Position numbers and translations under genes: made by a program. A stretch of DNA of 64,000 nt, from contig OZ244922.1 in the NCBI GenBank assembly GCA_965221905.1, positions 512,001 to 576,000 on the forward strand, written 5' to 3'. Positions 20,769 through 30,207 of the stretch are shown here, one piece after another. Under the pieces are notes generated by a model, which did no database searches, was not told the origin of the DNA, and worked only from the letters and a program-made list of their open reading frames with translations. This stretch comes from Chloroflexota bacterium. GTDB lineage: Bacteria > Chloroflexota > UBA11872 > VXOZ01. Position 1 is the stretch's first letter; each line of letters starts with the position of its first letter.

Positions 20769-21038
20769 ATGGGGTCAGCAAGTTCTGTGCCCATAGTTGT
20801 GATGAATAAGCTACCAGTAGTTCGAAGTTTGTTTAGAGCACTTCGCCCACGCAAGGCTAGGATGCATATCTCCACATATCCAATTCGATACCAAGTGCGC
20901 TACTTGGATGGATTGGTGGAGATTGGAATCTCAGATAATTCGGATGCCGATCAGGCTGCAATCCGAGGTGATTGGATCGCAATCGGAAACGATATGCGTA
21001 AAGCAATAGAGGGCTTTAGGATACATCAAGGAGCCTGA
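20769..21038 (+). CDS. Small hypothetical protein, partner of the downstream gene
   Basis: GGAGG RBS; C-terminal DxxAIxxDWxxIGxDM motif; AT-richer than flanks. Confidence 0.55.
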   Translation: MGSASSVPIVVMNKLPVVRSLFRALRPRKARMHISTYPIRYQVRYLDGLVEIGISDNSDADQAAIRGDWIAIGNDMRKAIEGFRIHQGA

Positions 21039-21041
21039 TGC

Positions 21042-21494
21042 GTGAATGAGGAAGAGGATAACCAGCTACCTAGCAAGGAAGATAGCGAGGTTCTTCCTAG
21101 AGAAGAGGATGAAGAGGCGGAGATCGTTACAAGAGCCTCTTCTTGGAGCGGCCCTCTACCTTCACCAAGTTCACTAAGAGAGTTCGAAGAAATCGTCCCT
21201 GGCTCTGCTGACCGATTGATCACAATGGTCGAAAAGCAGGGCAATCACCGCATGGAGATTGAAAAGAGGGTGGTCGATGGCGAGTCAAAACGAGCTTGGG
21301 TCGACCTTGTTGCACGCCACTCAATCACCCTCGTAGGAATCCTCGCGAGCATACTTCTTGTCGTGTTTGGTTACACTCCCGCAGGCGTGATATTGACGGG
21401 TTTAACCACTTTGTTCGCAGTTATTACATTCCTGATAGGCAAGATACTCGATAGCCTGCTTAACCAGTCACGCTCCGAACCGCCCTCTGGATAA
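21042..21494 (+). CDS. DUF2335-like membrane protein
   Basis: WSGPLPSP...EFEEIVPGSADRLITMVEKQGNHR followed by two TM helices. Confidence 0.8.
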   Translation: MNEEEDNQLPSKEDSEVLPREEDEEAEIVTRASSWSGPLPSPSSLREFEEIVPGSADRLITMVEKQGNHRMEIEKRVVDGESKRAWVDLVARHSITLVGILASILLVVFGYTPAGVILTGLTTLFAVITFLIGKILDSLLNQSRSEPPSG

Positions 21495-21516
21495 GTGCCC
21501 GCATCTAGAATCCTCC

Positions 21517-21858
21517 CTAGTCTTTCAGCACGAAGTAGACCAACACCGTGCATGATTGGCCGAGCGGGAGTTCGCCCGCAAGCCGCAGCCAGTTGCCGAA
21601 GTGCGTTACGCGTACTGAGGTGAGGCCGTCAGGTTGCTCCGGGAGGGGAATCAGCGTGCCTTCGTCGAGCCAATGGATGCCGTCCGGCGAGATTTGCACT
21701 GCTGCGCTTTGCTGAGAGACGCCATCCTTGAGGACGCGAATGAATATGAGCGCCTCGGCTGCCCAGCCGGCCTCGTAGGGCTCGGTGGCAAAGGCGCCTT
21801 CCCACGTGACGTTGCGTTCTACAACCGCTGTATAGACCTGGCGCGGCATTTTTCTCAT
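21517..21858 (-). CDS. Conserved hypothetical protein (DUF6385-like)
   Basis: TEPYEAGWA.EA..F, QISPDGIHW.DEG, HFGNWLRL pattern; family recalled, not searched. Confidence 0.65.
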   Translation of the reverse strand: MRKMPRQVYTAVVERNVTWEGAFATEPYEAGWAAEALIFIRVLKDGVSQQSAAVQISPDGIHWLDEGTLIPLPEQPDGLTSVRVTHFGNWLRLAGELPLGQSCTVLVYFVLKD

Positions 21859-22315
21859 AACCCTTTACTTTGGGACCAACTTCGTAGGGGCACGACATGT
21901 CGTGCCCCTACTCCGCGCAAACAAGCGGCGGCTGATTCCGTCATTTCTGCGCAAGCGGTAATCCATCTTCGCGACGAGAGCGAAACTACAGGCCATTCTC
22001 AATTTCCCGTGTGGCTCGGCAAGGATGGCTGCGATACCTGTGAGAGTAAACTATAAACGGTCTTGCTCCGGTAGCGCAGGTTTGCAACCTGCGTCCCCTC
22101 CCATTCAGGCTTCAGTCGCGGCCCCACCCTGACACACAGCCTGTGCCGGGTGCTTCTCTTGTTCGCATGCCGCTCTTGGTAGCGCAGGTTTGCAACCTGC
22201 GTCCTCTTTACGTCAGTTCCCCATTCGCGGCACATGAGCGCTATAGACTGTGTTCACGCCTCTTCACGTTCCAATCCTACAAACGGCGTGCATCGCCCGC
22301 CCTATGAAATAATAT

Positions 22316-23164
22316 CTACTCCTCCAACGAGAGCACGACTGAATCCAGGTAGAGGAACGCTCGCCTGTCGGTGGCGGTCTCAACGAAGAAGGCGGTGTTG
22401 AGCATGCACCACAGATCGGCATCGTTCGGGGCGCGAATCGGCGACAGGTCGGTCAAGGTGAAGACATGATCGTTGCACTGCAATTCGGCGTAATTCATGG
22501 TATGCAGGTCGCATGCAAACCGCAGGTAGTGCCAATTGATCTTGGTCGGCAGCTCATTGTAGCAGAGGCGCTGCTGGGCCTGTGGTATGTCTTTCCATCC
22601 CCGTGGATCGAGGTGGTAGAAAGAGCGTATCTCGCCGCTCTCGCCCACGACGTGCCGCTGCGGCAACTCGTCACGGTATTGCCACTGGTAGCGCGGCGTG
22701 CCGTCTGCCGTGTTGCAGTAGCGCAAGTGGGGCATGGCGCGCTGTTCGTTGTCCTGCAGATCGAAGAGCACGCCAAAGCCGCCTACGTCGTGATCGCCCA
22801 GGGTAAGGGTGCTCGGTTCCGGCTTGAGCGCAAAGTAGCACTCCATCTGGATGCGACCGCGTTTGCGCCAGGTAGCGCGCTTGATTGCTACCGCCATATG
22901 CCCGGCGCGGGCGCGAGTGGCGAGCTTTAACGAGTACGTGCCGGAGAGAGCACCGGCAGTACCCGTGTCCCACATCGTTGCGCTGCTCAGCATGGGCGGG
23001 CGGTGGTCGCGAAAGGGCGGGAGGATGGTATCCAAGCTGCCTTCGTAGTTGCCGATCAACTCGCTCCAGCCGCACATGCCGTTGTCGAAGTTGTCGGCAA
23101 ACAGAATACGACCCAGCGGGTCGAATTTGCTCAGAAACGGGTCCGTGTACACGCCTGCCATCAC
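22316..23164 (-). CDS. Conserved hypothetical protein (DUF6772-like)
   Basis: Long ORF with host codon usage; DNFD.G.CGW and NWHYLRF motifs; family recalled, not searched. Confidence 0.65.
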   Translation of the reverse strand: MMAGVYTDPFLSKFDPLGRILFADNFDNGMCGWSELIGNYEGSLDTILPPFRDHRPPMLSSATMWDTGTAGALSGTYSLKLATRARAGHMAVAIKRATWRKRGRIQMECYFALKPEPSTLTLGDHDVGGFGVLFDLQDNEQRAMPHLRYCNTADGTPRYQWQYRDELPQRHVVGESGEIRSFYHLDPRGWKDIPQAQQRLCYNELPTKINWHYLRFACDLHTMNYAELQCNDHVFTLTDLSPIRAPNDADLWCMLNTAFFVETATDRRAFLYLDSVVLSLEE

Positions 23165-23499
23165 CTACCGTGCTTTCGCAAGACTTTGTAACGCTGCCCT
23201 AACGCGCCAATAGTCCAATGAGGATGCCGGCCTTGTCCGCTCACCACAATTGCGTGGACGTTGAACCGGCGCACGTGCCCCCTTTAACCTTTGTGGTGCG
23301 TATTGCACGTGCAAGAGGCAACACAGCTTCACTCCAGTCCCGCCCACGGATACGCAGAGTATAGCATAGCGTGCCCCGATGCCCGGGATTCGGTATCGGC
23401 GAAAGAAGCAAGTCGCAGGATTTTGTGAATATAGCGCTGTGCCGTCCGCGGTCATACCTTAGTAAGAGCGGCAGCGGCTTGGTTTGGCGCGTGGAGAAG

Positions 23500-23641
23500 A
23501 GGCGCAGGTTGCAGCCCTACCCTACCGTGCAAGATGCAGGCGCAGGTTGCAAACCTACGCTACCGGGGAGGACATGGGCGCAGGTTGCGAACCTACGCTA
23601 CCGGGGAAGATGTGGGCGCAGGTTGCAGACCTACGCTAGCG
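23500..23641. repeat. Four degenerate tandem copies (~38 bp period) of the GTAG-type REP
   Basis: GGCGCAGGTTGCNRVCCTACSCTA x4. Confidence 0.85.
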
Positions 23642-23865
23642 AATGGGACAGCGGCTAGTTTACTGCCGCTTCGGTCAGCTCGGCCAAAGGGACTCTTGCG
23701 GGCGGCGGCTCTGCGATCACTCATGTGTTGAACTCTTGTGCTCATTGCTATACTGAACACGACAGCAATGCGCGTCGAGAAGGAATCTATCCATAGGCAA
23801 GAGGCCGAACGGACCGCAGAGCGTCGCTGCCGCGTAGAAACCGCCCACAGCAAAAGGAGCAAGAC

Positions 23866-24969
23866 ATGATCACCTATGATGACCTGAAAGTCGGCACGTT
23901 TATCAATGCGAGCGGAACTGTCACGACGTTGGGGGGCAGTCTCATGCCGGCGCCTGTAGTGGAGGCGATGGAACGGGCTGCCCAATCGTTTGTCGACCTC
24001 AACGAGCTTCACGAACAGGCGGGCGCGTGGCTGGCGGAATTTATCGGCGTGCCGGCGGCTTTCATTTCGTGCGGAGCCGCCAGTGGCATGCAACTTGCAG
24101 CCGCCGCCTGCATGACGGGGACAGACACGGACCGTGTCCGGGCGCTGCCGCAGGTTGCCGGCGGCAAGAATGAGTTCGTCATCAGCTTCGTGGACGAGCA
24201 CACGTACATTCATCAGGGAATTGAGATCGTTGGCGGCAAGCTGGCGCCCGCGGGAAGCAGAGAGAGAGTTACGACGGAGGACCTCGTAGGCGGCATCACG
24301 GAACGCACGGCGGCCGTGGTGCACTTCCTTGGCAAGCAGACCAAAGCGCAGCTTATAGAAGTGGTAGCGGGTGCGCATGCGCGAGGCGTGCCTGTGATGG
24401 TTGATGCGGCGGCACAACTCCCGCCGCGCGCAAACCTAAGAGAAATTGTGGAGTTGGGCGCCGATCTCGTCATCTTTAGCGGCGGCAAGGGCATGCGCGG
24501 TCCGCAGGCCACGGGTCTGGTATTGGGAAAACCGGAGCTTGTGGCAGCGGCACGTCTCAACGGCAGTCCGCAGAGTGCGGTGGGCAGAGGCATGAAGGTG
24601 GGTAAGGAAGAAATCATGGGTCTGCTGGCGGCGGTTGAACTTTACCTGGCCCAAGACGAGGCGGCAGAACTCGCGGGCTGGGAGCAGCAGATGCGCACGG
24701 TGGCAGCGGGTGTGGACGGCATTGACGGTGTTACCGGAGAGGTGCTGCGCAAGGATGAAGGCGCCAGTTGGGATATTGTGCCGCATACGCAGATTAGCTT
24801 CGCGGACTCAAGCCCCATGCAGGCCGCGGACGTTGCGCACGCCCTCCGCCAGGGCGAACCTGCCATCGAGGTGCGGCTCAACGAGGCTGGAATCTTGATC
24901 AGCCCCATGACCCTGGAGCCCGGCGAAGATAGCATAGTCGCTGAGCGGCTCCGCGAGGTCTTGCAGTAG
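23866..24969 (+). CDS. SelA-related PLP-dependent enzyme (DgaE-like ammonia-lyase family)
   Basis: INASGTVTTLGGS, DAAAQLPP, FSGGK (PLP Lys), GRGMKVGKEE. Confidence 0.85.
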   Translation: MITYDDLKVGTFINASGTVTTLGGSLMPAPVVEAMERAAQSFVDLNELHEQAGAWLAEFIGVPAAFISCGAASGMQLAAAACMTGTDTDRVRALPQVAGGKNEFVISFVDEHTYIHQGIEIVGGKLAPAGSRERVTTEDLVGGITERTAAVVHFLGKQTKAQLIEVVAGAHARGVPVMVDAAAQLPPRANLREIVELGADLVIFSGGKGMRGPQATGLVLGKPELVAAARLNGSPQSAVGRGMKVGKEEIMGLLAAVELYLAQDEAAELAGWEQQMRTVAAGVDGIDGVTGEVLRKDEGASWDIVPHTQISFADSSPMQAADVAHALRQGEPAIEVRLNEAGILISPMTLEPGEDSIVAERLREVLQ

Positions 24970-25278
24970 GAATCGGCTTCGGTGGGCCACACAGGAATGC
25001 ACCGGCGTCAAGACGTGTCGCTCGATTGACTCGCAGAGGCGATTTAATGTATCCACCGGGTTCGGCGGGCGACTGTCGGGCACCGCAACAAACCTGACAT
25101 GCTAGAATAGCCGCATAGATCCGAAGGATAGCTGCGGGATGGCGCGAATCATGCCGCAGCTTGGTGCGTTTCTCATAGGATGTTGCGGCGGTAGAGCGGC
25201 ACTTGCCTTGACCGCGAGTCGTTGGTCTAAGTGCCGCAGTTGGCTTCATCTCCAACCTCAATACGGTGAGGCAAGGCA

Positions 25279-26340
25279 ATGAGCAAGGCGAAAATTGGCG
25301 TGATCGGCGCTGGCTGGTGGGCGACACAACACCACATCCCCAGCCTGAAGACGTACGAGAAGGCGGACCTCATCGGCATTGCCGACATTAAACCGGAGAA
25401 GGCCGCGGCCGCCGCCAACTACTACGACATTCGCAATACCTATGACAACCACCGGGACTTGCTTGCCGCAGGAGTCGAGGGTGTTGTCATTGCCGTCCAG
25501 CACGCCTATCACTACGAGGCTGCCCGCGACGCGCTGGACGCCGGCGTCCACGTGCTGGTTGAGAAGCCGATGACCCTGACCGCAGCCGACGCCTGGGACC
25601 TCGTGGCTCGTGCGAAGCGCAACGGGTTGCACCTGATGGTCGGTTACACCTGCCAGTTCACCCGGCATGCGCAGGCAGCCCGCGAAATCGTCCAAGCGGG
25701 CAAGATCGGCGAACTGCAGCTCGTTTCCGGCATATTCACTTCCTGGGTGGAGTCCTTCCTGCGCGGCAGACCCCAGGACTATGCCGAGGCCTTTGGTTTT
25801 CCTGTGACCGGTCCCGAGCCCGACAGCTACTCGGACCCAAAGATGGCCGGTGGCGGCCAGGGCCATCTTCAGGTGACACACCCGATGGGCATGGCGCTCT
25901 GGGTGACCGACCGGCGGGCGGTGGAGGTCTTTGCCTACATGGAGAACTACGACCTGGCAGTGGACCTGGTAAATTCGTTCAGCTACCGGCTGGACAACGG
26001 AGCGATGGGCACGATGGCGTCCACCGGCGCCATGCGACCGCACCAACGGCTTGACCAGGGCTTTGTGTACACCGGCAGCAAAGGCGTCTTACGCCAGGAC
26101 ATGGCCGGGGGCCGCTTGGAGGCCCAGTACAACGACGGAACGTCGGAGGAGTTCCCGGACCTTTCCGAGGAGGAGCGCAATCCATCGCATTTGCCGTCGC
26201 GTGGACTGACAGACGTTATCTTGGGCGAGGGCGAGAATCGCGCTCCGGGCGAGGTGGGCGCGCGGGTCGTCGAATTCCTGGAGGCAGGATACTGGTCCGC
26301 GGCATCGGGACAGGTCGTCAAAGTCGATTCTCTGCTCTAA
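25279..26340 (+). CDS. Gfo/Idh/MocA family oxidoreductase
   Basis: GVIGAGWW, HVLVEKPM. Confidence 0.9.
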   Translation: MSKAKIGVIGAGWWATQHHIPSLKTYEKADLIGIADIKPEKAAAAANYYDIRNTYDNHRDLLAAGVEGVVIAVQHAYHYEAARDALDAGVHVLVEKPMTLTAADAWDLVARAKRNGLHLMVGYTCQFTRHAQAAREIVQAGKIGELQLVSGIFTSWVESFLRGRPQDYAEAFGFPVTGPEPDSYSDPKMAGGGQGHLQVTHPMGMALWVTDRRAVEVFAYMENYDLAVDLVNSFSYRLDNGAMGTMASTGAMRPHQRLDQGFVYTGSKGVLRQDMAGGRLEAQYNDGTSEEFPDLSEEERNPSHLPSRGLTDVILGEGENRAPGEVGARVVEFLEAGYWSAASGQVVKVDSLL

Positions 26341-26522
26341 GCGGGTGGTCCTAAAGTCTGCGGCAACCGTTCGTGCTGAGCCTGTCGAAGCATGAAGCGT
26401 CCTTAGACACGCCCAGGGCGAACGGATGAGAGTGCATGACAGCACCTTTAGAACCACCCCCTAAAGCGCTGTGGCCCGCTGCGGACGACGCCGAGAGGCC
26501 CTGGGACTGAGGAGACTTGCTC

Positions 26523-27395
26523 ATGGAGAAGCTGGAATTCGTTGATACGCATGTCCATTTCTACGATATGCAGCACCCGGAGCTGGTCTACGGCCACTGG
26601 CAGCCCGGCGTACCGCATGAGACCCTGGGGGAGCAGATACAACGGCTCGCCGAGCGGAACTATCTTGCCGAAGACTATATCGCCGAGACCCGCAACGCGA
26701 ATGTCACTAAGGCAGTGCACGTGCAAGCTGCCATCGGCAGCCCGGACCCGGTCACCGAGACCGAGTGGCTCCAGGCAGCGGCCGACCGCACGGGGTTTCC
26801 CCATGGCATTGTGGCGCACGCCGACCTGCGCGATCCCGGCGTGGAGGGCGTCCTAGAGCGGCACTGCCGGTTTCCTAATATGCGCGGCATACGGGACTTT
26901 TCCTACGGGGATTACCTCATCGAGCCGGACTTTCACCGGGGCTTTGCGCTCCTGGAGAAGTACAATCTGGTCTCCAGCATAGCCGCCGGTTGGCAGGACA
27001 TGGCAAAGCTCCGGGAACTGGCGGATACGTATCCCAGCATCATGATCGTCGTCGATCACACGGGACTGCCCGCGGAACGCACGGACGAGTACTTCGAGCG
27101 GTGGAAGGGCGGCATGGCTGTAGCGGCTACGTGCGACAACATCCGCTGGAAGATCTCCGGCCTCGGTATGAGCGACAACAACTGGACGGTCGACAGCATT
27201 AGGCGGTGGGTGCTCACGTCCATCGAGACGTTCGGAGTAGACCGCTGCATCTTCGCTACCAACTGGCCGGTGGACTGGCTCTGGAGCACCTACGACGAGC
27301 TGATAGACGCCTACACGGAGATTATCTCCGACTTCAGCCGGGCCGAGCAGGTGGCGCTCTTCTCAAAGAACGCTGAGAATCTGTACCGCATCTAA
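26523..27395 (+). CDS. Amidohydrolase_2 family protein (sugar-lactonase-like)
   Basis: DTHVH, VHVQA, DHTG, KISG, FATNWP. Confidence 0.85.
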   Translation: MEKLEFVDTHVHFYDMQHPELVYGHWQPGVPHETLGEQIQRLAERNYLAEDYIAETRNANVTKAVHVQAAIGSPDPVTETEWLQAAADRTGFPHGIVAHADLRDPGVEGVLERHCRFPNMRGIRDFSYGDYLIEPDFHRGFALLEKYNLVSSIAAGWQDMAKLRELADTYPSIMIVVDHTGLPAERTDEYFERWKGGMAVAATCDNIRWKISGLGMSDNNWTVDSIRRWVLTSIETFGVDRCIFATNWPVDWLWSTYDELIDAYTEIISDFSRAEQVALFSKNAENLYRI

Positions 27396-27522
27396 CGGCG
27401 GCCCCGTCAAGGGTTGCGAGAATTCGGTGTCCGGGACTATAGACTGCATTTCTCAACCGTGCCCAGGCTGGATGCGGCAGCACAACTCCCATTGCCGCCT
27501 ACCTCACGCGGGTTCTCGTACC

Positions 27523-28551
27523 TTAGAAGTTGCCGGTTCTGCTTTCGTACTTCGTCGGTTTGCCCAGCGTCGCGCCCTCGTGTTTCGCCCACCAGGCGAC
27601 CCACTCGATGATCTGTGCCGACGGCACGCGGGGTGCGCCGAACGTTTCCACGTAGCGCGTCGCGTCGCCGAGCAGCGCCGTCTCTTCCGGTTCTCCGGTG
27701 AATACCGGCGCCACACCCATGCGCTCGCCCAGAGATTCGGCGACTGCGCGGACGGAAAGCGTATCCGTGCCGGTCAAATTGATCACGTCGGCCGGGCTGG
27801 CGCAGAGCGGGAACGAACGCGCAAGCATGTCGCAGGCGTCGCCCTGCCAGATTTGATTGGCGTAGCCCATTGACAGGTCTATCGGCGTCTGCTCCTTCAC
27901 CTTGGTAGCAATGTCCAGGATAATGCCGTAGCGGAGTTCCGTGGCGTAGAAGAGGCGCACGATGAGCGTGGGCGTACCGTTCTTGGCGGCGTAGTATTCC
28001 ACCAGGCGCTCCCCGCCCAATCGTGATTCCGCGTATTCGCCCACCGGCCCGAGCGGTGCGTCTTCCGCTGCCCCGCTGCCATCAACCGGCATGAACCGGT
28101 ACACGTTGCCGGATGAAACGTAGACCATGCGGGAGGTGGGAAACCGCTCCATGAGTTTGGCCGGAACGAGCGTATTCATCGCCCAGTTGAGGGAGGGCGC
28201 GCCGCTGGAACCGAACTTGAAGCCCGCGAGCAGATAGAGATAGGGCGCATCCGGCAGCTTGGCGACACTCTCGTCATCCAGTAGGTCGCAAGCCACCGTT
28301 TCCACGCCGACTCCATCCAGGTAGCGGCGCGACTCCGGCGAGGAGAAGCGCGACACGCCGATCACGCGTTTGGCGCCGGCGCGCACGAGCAGCTCGGCGA
28401 GCGTGGGCCCCATCTTGCCCGCCACGCCCAGCACCATAATGTCGCCATCCAGCGCTTGGACCGCTTCACACACGGCGGGCGTGGGCTCAGTCATCTGCGC
28501 CATGAGTTCTGCTTCAGTCCGCAACGGCGGCAGCAACGTTTGCTTGCTCAC
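27523..28551 (-). CDS. NAD-dependent epimerase/dehydratase
   Basis: GVAGKMG, SSGNVY, GEYAESR. Confidence 0.85.
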   Translation of the reverse strand: MSKQTLLPPLRTEAELMAQMTEPTPAVCEAVQALDGDIMVLGVAGKMGPTLAELLVRAGAKRVIGVSRFSSPESRRYLDGVGVETVACDLLDDESVAKLPDAPYLYLLAGFKFGSSGAPSLNWAMNTLVPAKLMERFPTSRMVYVSSGNVYRFMPVDGSGAAEDAPLGPVGEYAESRLGGERLVEYYAAKNGTPTLIVRLFYATELRYGIILDIATKVKEQTPIDLSMGYANQIWQGDACDMLARSFPLCASPADVINLTGTDTLSVRAVAESLGERMGVAPVFTGEPEETALLGDATRYVETFGAPRVPSAQIIEWVAWWAKHEGATLGKPTKYESRTGNF

Positions 28552-28713
28552 GACATGCTCCTATTAGGCGAAGGAAAGTTTTTCTACAGTATAACGCGGG
28601 CAGCCTAGTCACTACAGTCAGGCGCGATTGTGCAGACGTGCGGTATTGGGGGTGCGGATCAGGCAATGCTACTGAGGCGCCGCAGAGCTTGGGAGTGGAA
28701 AGAAGGGCGCGCC

Positions 28714-29199
28714 TTACTCCTGCTTCAGCGCGTCAACGACCGCCTGCCGATTGGGAAATCCGCCACTGAACCGCAGCCGCACCTCACCCATCCCATCGTA
28801 GACGACAAGGGCGGGCACAAAGCGTAAGTCCAGACGGTCGGCGAATGCGCTCCCGACGGGCGTATGCTGGCTGAGCCGCACGACACGCGCAGCCTCGCCA
28901 AATTCGCGCTCGATCCCATCGACCATGGGGCGGGCCGAAAGGCTGCCCCCTCAGTAGTTGGAGAACACGACTACCAGGACCGGCCGACCCTTGCCGATGA
29001 GCCGATCCAGTGCCGTGATGTTGTCGATGTTCGATTCCCGATAGCGCAGGACCGCCCCTACCGCGACCATAGCAACACTAACGAGCGCCACTAGCGCCAA
29101 GCCGGCGGGCATCGGCAGCCAAAAATAGGCCGCCGCCGCGCTGACAAGGACGGCGAATAGTGCGAGTATGATGTAGGAGTACTGGGTGACGTAATGCAT
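28714..29199 (-). CDS. Putative selenoprotein: N-terminal TM anchor plus thioredoxin fold with UxxS (in-frame TGA at 28951-28953)
   Basis: ORFs 28951-29199 and 28714-28926 are in one frame: PVLVVVFSNY-U-GGSLSARPMVDGIEREF...FVPALVVYD. Confidence 0.8.
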
Positions 29200-29444
29200 T
29201 GGACTATTCTCTTCAAGAGTTCTTCACAAAATTGTACAAGAAATTATAGCACACTCTTGCAGTGTCCAATGGGCGGTGACTATTGAGGGAATAATGTACT
29301 TAGCTTGAAACCAAGACAACGGTTTGATGTTGTTTAGCTTTGTGCTCGGCCTCTGTTTGCAACAGCAAGTCCTGATTGTGTTGCTCGCGAGACTTTGAGA
29401 TCGGCGCGGCTCTGGGGCGCGTCAATCCGCTATATGCGTCGGGG

Positions 29445-29768
29445 CTATGAAATTCGTATCGGTGGGTTCTTGCGAAGATAGCACTGTGTGCATAGGGTTG
29501 CCAGGTCTGTTCCAGGCCACTGCTGGGCCAACTCTGTTTGTGTCAAGTGCGCGCCCTCACGCACGGGTCGCCCGCAGTTTGGGGTTGCGCAAATGCGTAG
29601 CTCGATGGAGGTTCTCACGGGCTTGTGGTGCTTAGGGGATATGGGCTTTCGGGTTGTTCTGGTAGCAGGGGGTGTTTGTTGGTGTCCAGAACGGCGTGAA
29701 GCTGCAATTAGAAGCAGAAGCAGTGTTAGGAATAATACAAGAACGACTAGCACTAATAACTCTGACAA
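29445..29768 (-). CDS. Small membrane protein with a possible Zn-ribbon (CATPNC...CTQC)
   Basis: AAGGAG RBS, hydrophobic N-terminus, two Cys pairs. Confidence 0.5.
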   Translation of the reverse strand: MSELLVLVVLVLFLTLLLLLIAASRRSGHQQTPPATRTTRKPISPKHHKPVRTSIELRICATPNCGRPVREGAHLTQTELAQQWPGTDLATLCTQCYLRKNPPIRIS

Positions 29769-29802
29769 GTGGCACTCCTTCTCTATTGATGGTCAATCCG
29801 CG

Positions 29803-29940
29803 CTAGATGCTACTTAGGATATTCGCCTTGAGCGTTTCGTATTCGGCCTCAGAGATGAGTTCCTCGTCGAACATGGCTTTTGCCTTAGCCAATCTCTCTA
29901 CAGGATCGCTGGCGGTAGATTCCGCCCCGTTGGCGGGCAT
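29803..29940 (-). CDS. SHOCT-domain mini-protein or gene fragment (45 aa)
   Basis: MPANGAESTASDPVERLAKAKAMFDEELISEAEYETLKANILSSI matches the SHOCT pattern. Confidence 0.55.
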   Translation of the reverse strand: MPANGAESTASDPVERLAKAKAMFDEELISEAEYETLKANILSSI

Positions 29941-30065
29941 GGTGATTTCAGTGCTGCCGCGCCAAGGTCGCGTTCGATCCCATCGACGATGGGACGGGCC
30001 ACAAGGCAGCCCGCTCAGAAGTTGGAGTACACAGCTAACAGCACGGGCAGTCCCTTGCCGATCAT
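29898..30065 (-). pseudogene. Remnant paralogue of the thioredoxin-like selenoprotein (UxxC)
   Basis: MIGKGLPVLLAVYSNF-TGA(30015-30017)-AGCLVARPIVDGIERDLG aligns with 28890-29000. Confidence 0.7.
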
Positions 30066-30207
30066 CGTATCCGGCACCGTGCCGCTAAGTACGAGTACTG
30101 GTTCAAAATCTGCATTGCGATTTCCCTGGCACACGTGTTACATGGCTCAATATTGCATGCTGCGGCTAGTCTCGGTGGCCGAGAGACGCTGCGGTGGGCA
30201 GTCTCTT

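Noticed and set aside
21036-21044. UGA read-through fusing 20769-21038 with 21042-21494 (same frame, TGA-TGC)
   Set aside because: The downstream gene has its own AAGGAG RBS and there is no redox-fold context
23500-23641. Mini CRISPR array
   Set aside because: Linkers are ~12 bp and similar to each other; the repeat is the dispersed REP
23866-24969. True selenocysteine synthase SelA supporting the nearby selenoprotein
   Set aside because: At 367 aa it lacks the N-terminal tRNA-binding domain and the HTNLGRA / SGDKLLGGPQ signatures; it matches the DgaE-like SelA-related group
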